Positions 46,997 through 62,000 of a stretch of 64,000 bases of DNA are shown piece by piece. Position numbers and translations under genes: made by a program. The DNA lies in NCBI GenBank assembly GCA_048013815.1, contig CM106585.1, positions 7,130,001-7,194,000 on the forward strand, in the 5' to 3' direction. This stretch comes from Setoptus koraiensis. Taxonomy: Eukaryota; Animalia; Arthropoda. How positions within the stretch are numbered: the first letter of the stretch is position 1; the number at the start of each line of letters is the position of its first letter. Below the pieces are notes generated by a model, which ran no database searches, was not told the DNA's origin, and saw nothing but the letters and a program-made list of their open reading frames with translations.

Positions 46997-49900
46997 GTAA
47001 GTAATTGGACACTGTCTCATTGTTGGCGAAAATACGTTGACAGACTAAGCAGGTTTATCGGCGCCAGCAGCATCATCATCACCAATGTCGTACATGGTCA
47101 TCATCATCGTGTGTCGTTGAACCGTCTCTTCTATTTGTGGCTGTCGCGTTGTATAATAGAATCAATATTTGATTGTTGACTCAAGCAAACAACACTAGAC
47201 AATAGTCGCCGCCGCCGCCTCCATTATGTATGGCTGGTATTTCGGCAAAAAGTTATGATATCATACAGTACATTGATTGACACTCCAATTGAGATTGCAT
47301 TCAACAAGAGCGCTCAAGTGTAGATGTTGCTGCTGATTGGCCGGCGCATTAATTAATTGTGACAGTAGTAGATTGATCTCTCACTCAAATGTGATGTCTT
47401 GTCTGCTTAGTTGGCAGGGAGTGCTCCGTGGTGAGCGAAGACAATTTGCTCCAGAGCCACTCTAGATGACATTGGGCATAATGGCGACAAATGTTTGCTT
47501 GTTTGCCCAGAGCTGTTGCCTTTTGCCAAGCGTCGCCGTCGTGTTATTGACGGCGGCGGCGTATAATGCAGCAAGAGCAATGGCTAGAGATGCTAGTTGT
47601 CTAGATCGCACAACAATGTATTGCGATTAAGTTCCAGCCAATTGGTGATAATCATCGCTAAACATTTTAATTAATTTGAATATCCATGTACATGAGAATT
47701 CATAGACACATGCACTAACTGTAGTAGGGTGTTAGTACATGTGAATGCAAATGTGCTTGCCCAAACGGAGAATTTAAGAGAAAGCCAAATAGTGATTCAT
47801 GCGAAAATGATCCGCCTTTGTTTCTGTGTCTCTCTGCTCTGTGTAGCGCTATCTGTTGCGACGACGATGATACTACTCCAATGCGACACTAAAAATATGA
47901 GCAATTTGTTGTTGTGTCACAAAGCTACTACCCAGCTATCTGGTCGTCTCTTCAAACCCGGCTGTGTCATTGTCCTTTGAGCCCCCCTATATGAAGCCTC
48001 TCTCGATGCACTCTCTTGCGAGCAGGCACCTCTGTTGTCTGTTGTTCACTTGAGCATATAAATCGAGCATAAATTGCCCAGACGGGCGCCTCTTGCTCTA
48101 TAGCTAGACGCAACACGGCATGATGTAACTCATATGATATAATAAATGAGGCCCACTTTGTGTTGTTTGGCCGTGTTGCTGAGCCGCAGCCACAGACGAC
48201 ACAAACAGACAAGGATGAGGCGCTAATGTAGCGCGCTGACATGTGTGGGCATCAATCATCACGAGTGGCTTTTGTTGAAATCGGCTCCAAAATTCGGCAA
48301 ATATCCGTGTGTTTGTTACAGTGATGTAACCTTTGCCCGCATGTGTGCTGGCATCGGTGATGGACACGTAGCGCCGCCGATATGAGTTTATATGATGATA
48401 TGAGCCGATATGATTCCCAGTGAGCCAATGTCCGATGTCTGAATTGAACTCGAACCAAGCCGCCTCTCAGTGGGCCATTGTTCTTGTTTGGCGTTGGAGT
48501 GCCGCTAACAGCCGCTATTTGGACGCCCGTTGATACTTGTTGCCGTTGCGGCCAGGTACCAAACCAAGCTGCAACGAGCGCTGTTTCGTTTTAGCTCCAG
48601 CAGCGCCGAATTGAGACGTGATATGTCCAGTCTCTCTCTATCTCCAATGGAGCGGTGGCGGCGGCGGCGGCACGGAGAGAGGGTTGCAAGTATGCGGGCG
48701 CGAGCTGCCAGTGCCCAGTGACGGACAGGCGGCCCGATTTGTGGAAGATGGAATTCAATCAACAAGCGACTGACGTCCGTCAAACTGTTGGCCGTTGGAG
48801 CTGCGCCCATTCTTAATTAGCAGTGGCAGCGCGCATAGCGACAAAGAGAAGCCGCTTGGCTTCTTTCGCTTGATTGGCGAGTTCGCAGCCCGGCAGCCAG
48901 CAGCAGCCCCATTGTTGTGAGTCGTATTTGTTGTATGTGTGTTGTGGCGTACTAGTTGCGAATTTGTTAGTGCTGCTCGAACGATGCCAATGAGTTGGCT
49001 GTGTTGTCGTCGCTGCCGTTATATTAGCACATCCGGAGTAGCGATCGGGCCGCGGCATAGCGACAGTGCTGCGCCCCTCAACGACACAATCAGCGCCAGC
49101 CATTGGGCGATCTCAAGCAAGTTGACGGGCCAGATAGTTGATTGGCGACACTTTTGATGCACGAGACAAGACGGCGCTGACAAGCGAGCTGTTTTGGGGC
49201 TGTTGCAACGGTTGCAGCCAATGGGAGTGAGTTGGCGTGCTTGAGAGAGGAGCAAGTGGAACGAAAGATAAAAACTCGCTAGACAAACATAACACACAAA
49301 TGTTGGCAGTGTTGGTCGGTAGTATACATTGTTCAGACTAACTGTTACATGTGCAACAATGGCGTCGTCGTCGGTGTTGTTGTTGTTTGTTGTGGCTGCT
49401 GATGTGGGACAACAAACAACAACAGTGACTGCAAACACTGCCAACATAGAGACAACAAGTTACAAGCTAGTCGCAACAAAGCGCAAATTATTTATCGCCA
49501 TTCGCTGCCGTATTAATACAGTATATATTTATAAATAATACAATAATATTGGTAATTTAAACAATGTTGCCATTGTTATTGTTTGCACTGTCCCATGCTG
49601 TTCATCACCGGCATTAATTACTGCGAAACTGCTGCAACTGGCAATGGACGACAAACAACAACAATGGTGCTGCCTCTCCACCAGTCAGTATTTATATCAA
49701 ATTAATTCTGTCTGCGAACGGCGGAACTTGATCGGCACCACGACGACGACGACGACTATGCAAGCATATCCTACTAAATGACTAACGAAGCGGCGGCCAC
49801 ATGAGTTTATGATTGACCGGCAGCCCGGCTGGACTTTTGCGGCTCTATTTGCAACGCGACGCGCACCACAAAACGCAGCCTGTGTTTGCCCAAACTGCTA

Positions 49901-52900
49901 CTTACTCGTTAAACTTACTTGTTAAACTCGATTGTTAAAACTTGATTGTGTTGTTAGAAGTTACTTGTTAAACTGGCCTGGCCGCCGACGACAGACACCG
50001 AGCGTGATGAGACCCGCTGACATGTGAAGAGAGGGCCAAACATTGTAAATATTGTGAGAGAGCAAAACGCGAGCCAGCCATTGCCGGCCAGAGGCCCATT
50101 GTGTGTGACAACTTGTCACATCTTAATCTAATTCTGGCTCGCTTGCTCCGTGTGATTGATATGTCATATCATGTGTGTGTGCGACTGTCATGCTGTCATA
50201 CTGTCAAACGTGGCCAGGCCGGGCCAGCTCGAGAGGCCGGCCAAGTGATGATAAGTTGACACTGACGACAATGAGCACCCTACTATTTGACTGTTCTCAT
50301 GCCACCATAATTCCCACAAGCATAATTGCACTCAATTCAGCATTAGTCGCATTCTGTCACAGTGGCTGTCACAGTGGCTGTCACAGTGGCGCAGAGAGCA
50401 ACCACAGAATGAGTGCAAAGTCAATCAACTCTCTACGCGCCGTCAACTTGGCCGCTTTTGCCGGTTCCGGCCACTCGCAAGTCCACGGCCATTGATTAAC
50501 CTGGGGCCGCGCGCGGCTTGACCGCTCTCTGGCACAGCTGATATCAGCCAGTGTAACAGCTGATATCCGCTGGAACAACAGCTGATCAGGTTAGCCGGAA
50601 CCCTGGCGCAACTTGTAAGTGTCATCTGGTTTGAGATATACAGAGAGAGAGCCACCTTTTGGGCAACTTTCGACCAATTGTGGAGCGCCAAAACAGGGCG
50701 CGCGGGCGACAATGTGCACAGGTGACGATGAGCACGCGCGCGCGCCCTCACCTGTGCCATCGGCTGCAGCCTCAGGTGGCTGTGCCGGCCACTTGAGTGC
50801 CGGTCACCCGGCGAAGAGGATCGCGTGTTGCTGGGCGCAGCGAGGGGCTGGCCGGTAACGAGCTGACGGCCGGAGAATGGCCCAAGAGCCCATTCATTAG
50901 TTGGCCGGTTCGATCAATTCAATTGGTAATTCAATAGCACAGTAGTAGTGCCAAACTGGCGCGACGACAATAATGATGTCGATGCAACTAGCGGCCCGTT
51001 CATTTGGACAAGGCTGCAAGTCATTAGTGGGCCGACGCTGGCCCAAGATGCACCGTCGTTGTCTTTGGTGCTTGTGTTTATCTGCTTGCAAGCAAGTGAC
51101 AAAACACTACAACAATCGTCAGCCCGTGCCAGTGGGCGTGTTGGGCTAGCCTACCCTAGGCCAGGTATGCACACGAGCCGACCGGCCGGCCGGCCAGGTA
51201 AGGCGGTGGCGGCCGTGGCGGCAGCTGCAGCCGGCCGGCCGACAATATCTGGCCGGCCGCCGCTATCTAGTGCGGCGTGTGCTGGCGTGTGTTGGGGGCT
51301 AGCCGATATAGTGGCCATTTGTTTGTTTGTAGCGGGTAGTAGCTGATAGTGGCAAGCAATTCATCATCTACGCCAACGTATAACTGTGATTTTGTGCCCC
51401 GACCGGAACATCTGGCCGCATCCCGCCACACGCACACCGTTGCCGCTGTTGCGACCGTTGCAATAAACAATGCACAGGTGATGTCTATCTGATCTGATTG
51501 ATGGTTGATGGGTAATTGAGATTTGTCACAGGTAGAGCCGCGAGAGGCACGCGCTTGTTGCGGGACTTGATTAATCGTGCCGGCCGACCGACAGCGAGCG
51601 CCCGACAGCGAGCGGCCCGCAACCGACAACCGACAACCAGCAACCGACAACCAGCAACCGACAACCAGCAACCGACAACCAACGAGCGACTGCAGTCAAA
51701 ACGAAGCCGTCGACAAAACTGGAGCAGCTGCTCCAGTTCGGACTGGCCGGCAAATCTGGCCGCTTGTCACACCGATTAACGGCGCGCGTTATAACTTTTT
51801 TGCTCGCCTTATCGCTGAAATATTCGCTGTTCTATTGTTTTTCGCAAAAATGGCTCTTGTCGGTTGTTGTCGGTTGTTGTGCGCACTTAAGGTGGGCCAA
51901 TTATTGTGTTGGCTCGCATGGCATTGGCCTCGTTATCCCGTGAGTGGCGCAACGGCGATAGGCATCTCTTGCGCGTGTCCACCCCGGACAGTGCTCGCGC
52001 CAACAGCGACCGGCCAGCCGCAACCAGCCAGCCAAACCAGCCACAACCAGCCGCAACCAGCCACAACTAGCCACGAGCGACGCAATTGGATCACGATATC
52101 GCACGTATCCAATAACAGCGCAAGTGGAGGCCTGATTTTGTGGTCGATAGCTGGTGATTGAGTGTGCCCGGCGAATCGCTCATTACTCATCGCTCATTAG
52201 CGAGTGTGCTTGTGCTGCGGTGTGTGCGATATGCGCGCAATGTGCGCGCCATGCCAGATGATAGACAGACACAGACACGTAATCAATAGCTTGGCGCTAT
52301 CGCCGATTGATTACGTCTGCTCCAGCTAGCAGCCTGCCGGCAACCAATAAATGTCGAGCGAACACAATTTGTGGCTCGAGCTTATTTATTATTGATATTG
52401 ATATATGAGATAGCGATAGTATTATCTGGCTGGCGATATAGAGCGCCGATAAGCGGCCACAAGTGCTCAACGAGTTGCCACCCAACAGAACATATGCGCA
52501 TATTGGCACAGCACTTGTGCCATTCGCATGACGCGTTACGCAACAAGCGACAGGCGGCTCGCGACTCTTGCGAGCCTTCACGAGCCTTCACGAGCCTTCA
52601 CGAGCCGATCCGCTCAGCAGACGACGATATTGGCTCGTCTATCGAGCGTCTATTGAGCGTCTATTGAGCGTCTGTTGAGCTCGACAGACGCTCGACGAGC
52701 ATTAAGCGAGATATTATTTGAACTAACACAACTAACTCTCAATCTCCTCTCTCGACTGACCCAATTTCCCATAAAACACACACAAACCAACAAACATCAA
52801 CATGCAACTGATACGATATTGTGCCGATGCCGTGGATACTGTGGATATTGCGACGCGTTGCCATGGTGTGAAACTGATACGCACTCATACGCACATTCCG

Positions 52901-52952
52901 TGATAAATCAATGAAACGAAATACGCAACGTACCGCACACAAACGACAACAG

Positions 52953-53024
52953 ACTCGTGGCAAAGCGTGCTGGCAACAGTGGACTTTTTCATCAGAAATC
53001 AGGACACAGTGGTCAAATATCACG
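52953..53024 (+). CDS. GH27 alpha-galactosidase/NAGA, exon 3 (72-nt mini-exon)
   Basis: AACAG acceptor and GTAAGT donor with phases 1/1. It encodes (D)SWQSVLATVDFFIRNQDTVVKYH(G), which fills the missing segment between DDIE and GPGHW. Confidence 0.9.
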
Positions 53025-56000
53025 GTAAGTGGCACGCACACACACCAACAGCATCCAATCGACATGACATTGCGATTGCTCACAAGTCGCGGCCATTCAT
53101 TTAACCACTGTCACTTGTGGCCGCTCCACGGAAGGGGCCTCCTTCGAGCTAGACACAGACCGATTAGCCAACTCTAGAGCCAACTCTTTCGTCCGTGTCG
53201 CGGCTACTCCCACATCCGCCAGTTAGACACATGAAACGTTGATCATCAACTGGCCGAGCTTTTGTGGCGGCCATTGCACAAGTGCCCGCTGACCCGTGGG
53301 CCAGCCCGTGATCGGGCCGTATCTGCAATTCGCGACACACCAACCACGCACAGTGGTCAGCCTTATCGGCCGGACACATCGAATCGTTTGAGTGAGTCCA
53401 TTTGAGCATATCTCATCGGCCATCAGATATATAATTGAGCCCAATAATTGAGATACGGCCAAATAATTGAGACATGGCCAAATAACTGAGATATGGCCGA
53501 TGGTCGTGCAGGCACAATCGAGCCACCAGTGGGCAATTTGGCAATAATGAAACGGAAGCGGTGCACTATGATTTATTGGCGCAATAACCGGAGTCTCGGC
53601 TCGCGCTGCATACAGTCGCTGTGTGAGAGTTGGAAGGACGAGTGTGCTGTCCTGCTGTAAACTGCCACTGCGCTCAGGTGAGCCTAATTGAATTTGAGTT
53701 TATATTGGGCCTGTTATCTCTAGATGTGTGTGTGTGTCGTATTTGTGTCTTTGTGGGCCCACGGTGGCTGTGCCGGCCACCATTAAGACGGCCAGTCAAT
53801 ATTCATATATTTATATAAATCGTCCATTATTGCTCTGTTCAAAGCAAACAAGCAGTTAAAGTTAAAGCTGTGGCCGCTCTTCAATTTGCATGGCGCCACC
53901 GGCCGGCCGGCCAGTAGCCGGCGCGCCATGCAAATCGGTATCGGCCGCCGGCCGGACCGGTCAGTCGCCTCGATTTGCGATTTGCCTTTTGATCTGCTAA
54001 TGACTTCCTCTGATTGCCGTTGATAATTATCATTGTGCTCTCACCTAGTGTCCAGCACTGATAATACTAATAATACTGGCTCTGGACACTAGCCGCTCAC
54101 GCACCTCGGCCGGAATTGCTCGGTTGCTGTAGTGAAGCAACTTGAGGTGGAATGCGAATATCCTACTTGAATCACAATATAACCGTGTCCACCTCCTTCG
54201 CTGCCCTCGCTGCCTTGGCCGCCTGTGCTGCTGCTGCGTCATCGTAGCTGCCTCATTAGCCATAAGCTATACAATATTTGGTTGTTATTTTAAATTTAGC
54301 GACCGCACGAATAATTGTCGGCCGTCAGCGGCAAACGTGCTAGCGTCCGGCCGACAACAAGCCAACAAAACGAGCTAACAAACGCACGCCAGTCGCCTTT
54401 TTTTGACATTGTTCAAGTTGTTTGTCGGTTGCTGGCCGGCACAAGCGACTGTTTTGATAAAAACAATAATTGCCCATCGCTACAAGCGACGTGACTGACC
54501 ACCTATCGCCGTTTGGTGCAACTTTTTAACCGGCCATCCGGCGCACACCGTCGGATATCGCAAAGAGCCTCTCAACGGGCCCCTCTCACAAGTCACTATA
54601 TTTGAGCTTTTGCACACACATTATCGTCGCTGTTGGCGCTGGTAATGAGCGTCACCGGTACATATAGGCACAAACAATGGCCGTTATATCTGTTGTTTAT
54701 AGCTGCGGCTGTTTGGCAAACAATTATAAACAACAGAGCGGCGCTGTTGCCGATGCTTGTTGATCGATGATTGATGATCGAACGGGCCCAATCAAGCCGG
54801 CCCGTTCCCTTGTAAACAATGAATCGAGTTGAATTGAATTCCGCGAACAACAAACAACCCTTTTCGCCCCGCCATTCAGCTGGCAAAAGCTCGCACCATT
54901 CATTGTTCACACTGTTGTTGTACATCTCCCAACATACTGGCCCCGAGCACCAAATTGTGTATCGGTACGCATACAAAATATCCCTACAATATACGCATTG
55001 CAAGTGGCCAGCAAAGATGCGCGCTCTCACCTGTGCGGCCAATCCGGCCGCTCGGATATGGTGGCCGCGCAAACAAACAAAACTGTAACTGTATTTGGTT
55101 TACAGTTGTAGATGACCTTGTGTCTCGCAGCAGCAACATTGACACTGTTTGCGGGCTCTTGATTGGCCTGTTGCGAGCACCACAATTAGATTGTCGAGGC
55201 GCCGCCAGTCGTTGACCCCGCCGGCCACAAATAGCTCGCCTTGTTTGTTTGCCCGTGTGCACTTGAATACTTGCAAGCGCTGTCGAAATAAAGCCGGTCA
55301 GTGGTGAGAAATTCCGATAAGAGCGGCTTACAACGGCGCCCACAAACCTGGTCGAATTGTCACTTTTACTCACTTGCGTTGCTGGTCACTCGTTTGCACC
55401 GACTGTTCGACCATTTGAATATTCGACCGTTCAACTGTTCGACACGTGATGGGGTTGTTTGTGCGATTGCTCGAATGGGGCAGCTCAACTCAAAGCGTTT
55501 CGCAGATAACTGATGAAAATATTGTCAATTTATGCCGCAAAAACATTGCCATTGATGAACGTGCTCGCGCGCGCGCCTATCCTAATGGCGTTGTTTACCC
55601 TTGTACAAGTCAGCTGATTGAGTGTGGCTAAATCTGCGGCCAAATCCGTGAGGCGAGCTGAAGATGATTCAAAACATGATGCTAGTCAGTTGTCAGTTGC
55701 AGCAAGCCCAAGTGGCCGCACAGCCAAGGCGAGTCAAGGTGAGAATTGTCAGAACTCCCATCTATCCAGTTGCACTTGTCAGTGGCGGTGGCTAGTGGCA
55801 CGCCCCGTCGGCAATTGGCCGATAAGTGATCGATGTTGTTGTTGTTGTTGTCGTATTACAATAATAATAATAATAAGTATACGACAACAGCAGCAGCGTC
55901 CATTGTCGATTCTGCGGGGCCGCAAATCATTGTGCGCGCATTAGTATCAATGCGAACGCTTCTTGTTGCTGTTGCTGTTGCTGTTGCTGTTGTGCACAGT

Positions 56001-59000
56001 TGATACAAACAACAAACAATGACCACTGGTCAGTTGGTCGTTGCCGCCGCTGGAATGAAGTGGCGCCGCACCAAGTGGCAGATTTAGCACGGTCGTCACA
56101 ACAGCAACAACAACGACAACAACAACAACATGTCTCTGTGAGTGTGTGACCGCGCACAGGTGATCGTGTTTGTCTCTGTTGAGCGACTCACTCCTTGTCA
56201 GTGGTGCCGCCTATTGTCCGATTGGCGATGTTTGCCGGTGTCTCGTTGTGAGAATATCACTGGTCCGCTCGCCGTCGCCCGTGACAGCCCGACCGTTCGG
56301 ACGGCGGGCCGGCCCGCTCGATGGGCGAGGGGGCACTGTTTGGGCTGTGACAGGCGAGCGGTCACGACCAGTGCCAGCGCGAATCATAGTGCCCGACTAG
56401 GCCCATAGGTGACCAGTGCACAAACGGCACAGAGTCCATTTGTGATCAGTGGCGATCGCTTGTGATCGGCACAGACGATATCCGATCGATGTCAGGCTCA
56501 GGCGAGCAACGGACGGCGACAGATTGATGACCACCTACTTGTAACTTGTTTCACTGCACTTGTCTCTCGCTCACAGTGACCAGTGAGTGACCAGTGGGCA
56601 CACTGTTGCGCAGCCAGTTGACACACAACAGTTGTTGAGTGTGTCCAGCGTCCGGCCAACAGGTGCAAATAATGACATGGCTGCTGGCCGCAAAATAGCA
56701 AGCATCAACAAAAGTAAGAGTAACACATTACAAGTGGCCCTGGCGGCTTGCACGCGAACTAGCGGCGTCGCAAGACACTGTCAGACGAGTGACAGCGACC
56801 GACGGCGAGGGCGAGAGCGAGAGCGTCTGACAAATAGCCCTGTCTCATATTTGCCATTGGTAGCCTACTATTGGTGGCGCAGCGTGCTAGCGGCAGTATC
56901 AGACACTACAATCAATAACACCACAGACCGGCGCACCGCTGCCATGGCAGATGTTATCTGGAGCAAGCGCTTGCGTGGGTGTAGCCAGGGTTGGAGCACC
57001 TCTCATTAGCTGCTTATCGGTTAGAATCTGGCCTCACCAGGTGAATCGTGATGCTTGCTTGTGTGCGGATTGTGTGCAGCAGCAGCAGCAGCGGATTGGC
57101 ACAGAGTGGCGACATTGCACATTCTGGCGAGCAGATAAATTGTGATGGGCTGAGAAGAAGCCATTTAGTTGTACATTTAGTTGTATGAGATGTGCAGCGC
57201 GAGATAACGAGAGCAGTATGTGCCGTTTTATGTTGTCGTCGTCGTCGTCGTTGTGTCGCGTTTATCGGGGGCCTTTGTTTGTGAACTGGCCATTTGTCTA
57301 GCAAAGCGCGTCTAGTCGGCGTGAACGGGCTGCCAGTGCGGCCAGCCGGTGCAGCCCGCAACAGGTCCGTTGCGCTGGCTGCTGATTTATCCTAGATTGA
57401 GTAGTTACCTGCGCGCCGGTAACTCAATCTAGAGACGGCCCGCGGGTGACATTTTAGTCGGTGTCTCTGCTAGTCACAGTGCACTGAGAGGGGGCATCGG
57501 TCAGTTGATTGGCCGAGTGAACGATGGCGCGATAAACATTCCATAGATTGGATCTATGTGTTTGTACTTAAAAGTGGCGTTGTGGCGCGTTCAATTAGAA
57601 ACGAGCACGGCCGAGTTCCAAGAAATGCTCGCAAGAGAAAACCGTCCGCTGCCACTATGGCCGCTATCGCCACTATCGGCGCTATGTCGTTGTCGCGGTG
57701 CCAGTGGCAGGCAGTCGTGCCAGCCCCGGATCGTGGCAGTTGCTCGCCAGTCTGAGACTTGGCCACAATCGGCCAGAGTTGGCCAGAATCGGCCAGAAGC
57801 GGCAGCGAGCGAACAGCGCCATCGGCAGAGTGACACAAACTAACGGGCGGCAATAATTTTTCGTCGCGCCCGACAGCCAGTTGAACCTGTTGGCGTGCAC
57901 ACGTACTATTATTGAGCGGTGTTGGCCAGTTTTGGCCGGTTTTGGCCGGTTTTGGCCAATGGCAAGGACGGTCGCGCTGGCAGATAGCGATCGCGCCCGC
58001 AAATCGGGTCTCCTCAATTGAATTTGAGTCTCGCTCAGGTGAAATAAATAACAGCCAGTGACTGTTTACTATTTTGCTTAATAAATTTAACGACATTCAA
58101 TGTGTCGCTATTGAATTCTGCCATCCTCTTCTCATGCGCCACCATCGAACAGCAACCGTCACTGGCTGCTATCACTCTTATTCTACAACTTGCAGACTAT
58201 AAGTAATTACTTATAGACGACGACGCGCTGCTGCGACACAACATCAGCTCGCACAAACTTATAATATTGATATATCTAAACAACAAACAAATCAACAAGT
58301 ACACAATTAGCTATGCGACACACACACACGGGGGGTCATTGACACGCTCAAATACCTGAGACTCGCCACTGACCAACCAACTTGATCACTAACTTTGCCT
58401 CTAACTCACACTCACCAGTGGTCAGCCGAGACCGGCGCAGCAGCGGCCCGTTATACAGTGATACTATGCGCTATGTAGTCTTGCCAAGCGGCCACCAGCT
58501 GTGCCACGCGAACTTGACTGGTCAATTCTTGAGCGACTTTTGTGCGGCGGACGTGCGAATTGCGCCACCGGCGCCCGCAAACAGTATTGGCTGACCAACC
58601 AAAAGTGGCCCCTGTGCGCCATTGAACGCTTTTCGCGCGCTCTGTGCCTCCAGACCGTTTGCGCGCTGTGCTGGGCCTCTCGGGGCAGGTGACTGTGGCG
58701 GCCAGCCAACAAGTTGTAAGTTTATTTCTGTGGCCGTTATTTGGTCCGTTGGTCCGGCAGCCAGCTTACAGCTGGTGACATAAGAGACATTGCAAAACAT
58801 TTTCATGTTTTACGTTTTACACGCTAACATACGTCGGTTGTTATTCATACATAAAGTTACTCTCGTAGTACAAATGTCAAGTTATTCATGAATAGTGATT
58901 CATGAATAAGTTTACTTGTCAACTGTGTTATTGTGCACAACAATGCACGACGTGCACCAATTGAGGTGCGCAACTGATGCAATTCGCGCACAACTGAGCC

Positions 59001-62000
59001 ACAACCCATGATGCAATGCCAAATGATGAGCCAATGCACATACGTGAGGCAAATAGGCGAACAACAAGGGTAAAACTGTTCCAGTTTGTGCGTTTTGTGT
59101 GCCAGTTGTGCTGCTAGCCGAGTACTTGATGAGCTAGTTTACATGAGTGTAATACACCAAGTGTACACACATAAGTGTGTAATAGATGGGAAAATATGTG
59201 CGCGCACATCTGTGCCCCCGACTTGCGTGCGAACTGGCAAATCACACGGCCCTCGATGGGCACTGTGATTGGCACACACGCACAAGCTGACAGTGTCACA
59301 TGAGACAATCAAATGTGGCACACGGAATTATTATTATTATCCGGCTCACTGTGACACTGTTGGCGCAATTAGTGCGCCCACTTCTCGTAACGAGTGGCCG
59401 TTACGAGTTTGGACACTTTGGCCAGCAATCGCGCATTGATATCACATCCTCCAAATGGCGGACGTGTCGCCCGTGCAGCCATTGGCATGGCGAGTGGTCA
59501 GTTCGCGTACTTGGCGCGGCGCGATGCACAGTGCGCTTGATTGTGCAATCGATTGCATCATGCAATTTAAATGCATGCGCCAATGCGATCTGGCCATGTC
59601 ACTTTGCAACTTTGTCCATTTGCAAATTGGACAAAGTTTGAGTTTGGATGGTGGGCGAGTCGCTGTTGCTCGTGTCGAGTGCTGCCAATCGAACGCAGCG
59701 ACATCGGCGGACACTTGCATCGAGTGGCGCGATATCTGGTTGGCGCGAGACACGAGATATCGACACAAGTGACAGCGCCGAACGCGGCCACAAAGAGGGA
59801 GCCACGAGCACACTGACAAAAGAGACTCGCTGAGACTGAGCGCTCCGCGGCGGAGGTCTCAAGAGCCGTCGCAAGGCTGTGCGACTGTGGGAGCTGCGTT
59901 CCGTTGCAAGTGGCCGAGCCGTTTAAAAAGCAACTAGTTCCAGTTGATGCGGCTCATGAGCGGCCGCGCTGCCAGTCGCTTCCACAAACAACAGCAAGCA
60001 AAAAGATGATAACAAAGAGCCAATTGGCCAATTCTCTTCTTTGTTGGCTCACTGCTCCTCGTCGCCGGCACATCGCTCATCTGCCCGTTTGCTGGCGAAC
60101 ATTCGAACATTCGAACGTTCGAACGTTCGCCAGCTCCAACTTGGAACGTTCGCACACGAGACGCACACACAAACTTTCGAAAGCTTCGAATCGAAGCTCG
60201 AAAGAACGAACATTTGGTGGTATGGTCGCAAGTTGCGATAGAACGAATTCGAATCGAATTTGTGCTTGCCACCACTCACAACTTGCCGCTGTCGCAGTTG
60301 GCGCGCTGCTCGATACGTGAGCAGCCCATCGCTGTTGTGCTGCTCATATCCACCATTTTGTGCCACTCTTTGTTGTCTGCCGTGTGCTGCTGGCGCTGCT
60401 GCTGCTACGGCCACCACAACAACAGCACCATCACACATTCACTGTACTGGTCACTTTAACTGGCCGGCCAACTAATGAGCTGCCCACAGAATGCCCAATG
60501 GCTGCGCACTGCGCCATGTTTATCGACGCGCCCAACAAATTGCGATCACACTGTTGCCATTTGCTCACCAATTGCCAATTGCTGCTCCTATTGCCCCTTG
60601 CAAATGCCCCATCCATGTCGCGCAAACAACAATCTGGCGCACACTCAAGCGCAGCGTTACCAAATGTGCCCAGTGTGCCCGTGCCAATGGTCATCGCCAC
60701 TGACCATACACAAGCGATCTGAATTCTGCTCTCTTTTCGGCTGTGTGCGACGCGCCTCAGTTACGCGTCTGTGCGTCGCCCACGAGCACGGGCTGTGCAC
60801 GCGGGCCTCACTTGTTGTCGCTCACGCTAGCGATGCGGCGGGGAGCTCCCTCCTCCCGCACGGGAGCGGGAAGCTGGCTCCCGCCCGGCAGGAAGGAGCA
60901 ATTCGGGGAGCAACGTATTTGTTGCTGCGTCACTAGCTCGTGGCTCGGGCTATTATTGGAATGGCTTAAATAGCACGACAGCATCATTCAATCTACAGGT
61001 GAGTTTACATTGAAAGCGAGCGAGTGCAACAGGTTATATCGTGTATAATTGGCGTAAGCAATATGATGACGCAAGCGTAAGAATCTAACATCATGGACAT
61101 TTGTGTAATATTTTATTCATTGCCGTTCATTGCGGATAACAATTTCAATATATGGGCTGTGTATCGTTTGGTCGATTAGCATGATAAGATCGACTATTTA
61201 TTGTCGAGTTTCATAAGTCGACTCATTGAATGGTCGCAATGGTCTGATCAGATGGTCGCATTGTTCGCAGTGTCCACTTTGCAAATGATCCACTGCAACT
61301 TGGATCGATCTCTTAAACAGTCGACCTTATGATACTCTGGCCGTCACCCATATGTATGATATAAGCCATGCGCAAGCCTATAACTTACACATATTTGTAC
61401 ATATATTTCATGATGCTATTGTTGTTGCTGCTCATGGCACCTATCCCATGATGGCCGTAAGTCATCATGATGATGGTCACAACAAACGACCATGATTATG
61501 CCGCCGTAAAAGCATACAAAGTTACTCACTCGCTCGCCACAACTCGAGCTATAACGAGCCAACTCATATTCTCACCACTGCCATCGCTTAACATCGACCA
61601 TCAACGCCGCCCAAAGTTTAAGTGATTTCTTTTTATTCCACCCTTTTCAATTTATTCGTACCATATTCATTATTGTCTATTTGTGATGCACAACATGCTC
61701 ATGCCAGCACAAGCGAACAGTCGCACAAATGATTGCGCGATTGCGTCATCTTAGAAACGGCTCACTATGATTGTATATTTTTGATTAGTATTATTAGTGG
61801 TATTAGCCGCCTAATGTGCTCCAATTAGGTTGCTCATCTATTGGTGAGCAGCCGAAATTCATATCGCACCCGAGTGCCACTTTGGCTGCTCGAGCAACAA
61901 GCAACGCGGCCTTTATCAATGGCAATGCTGGTGATATTTACTCATCACGTTACACAACGGCAATCGAAGGATCATCGATGTAAACGAAAACTCTAAACGC

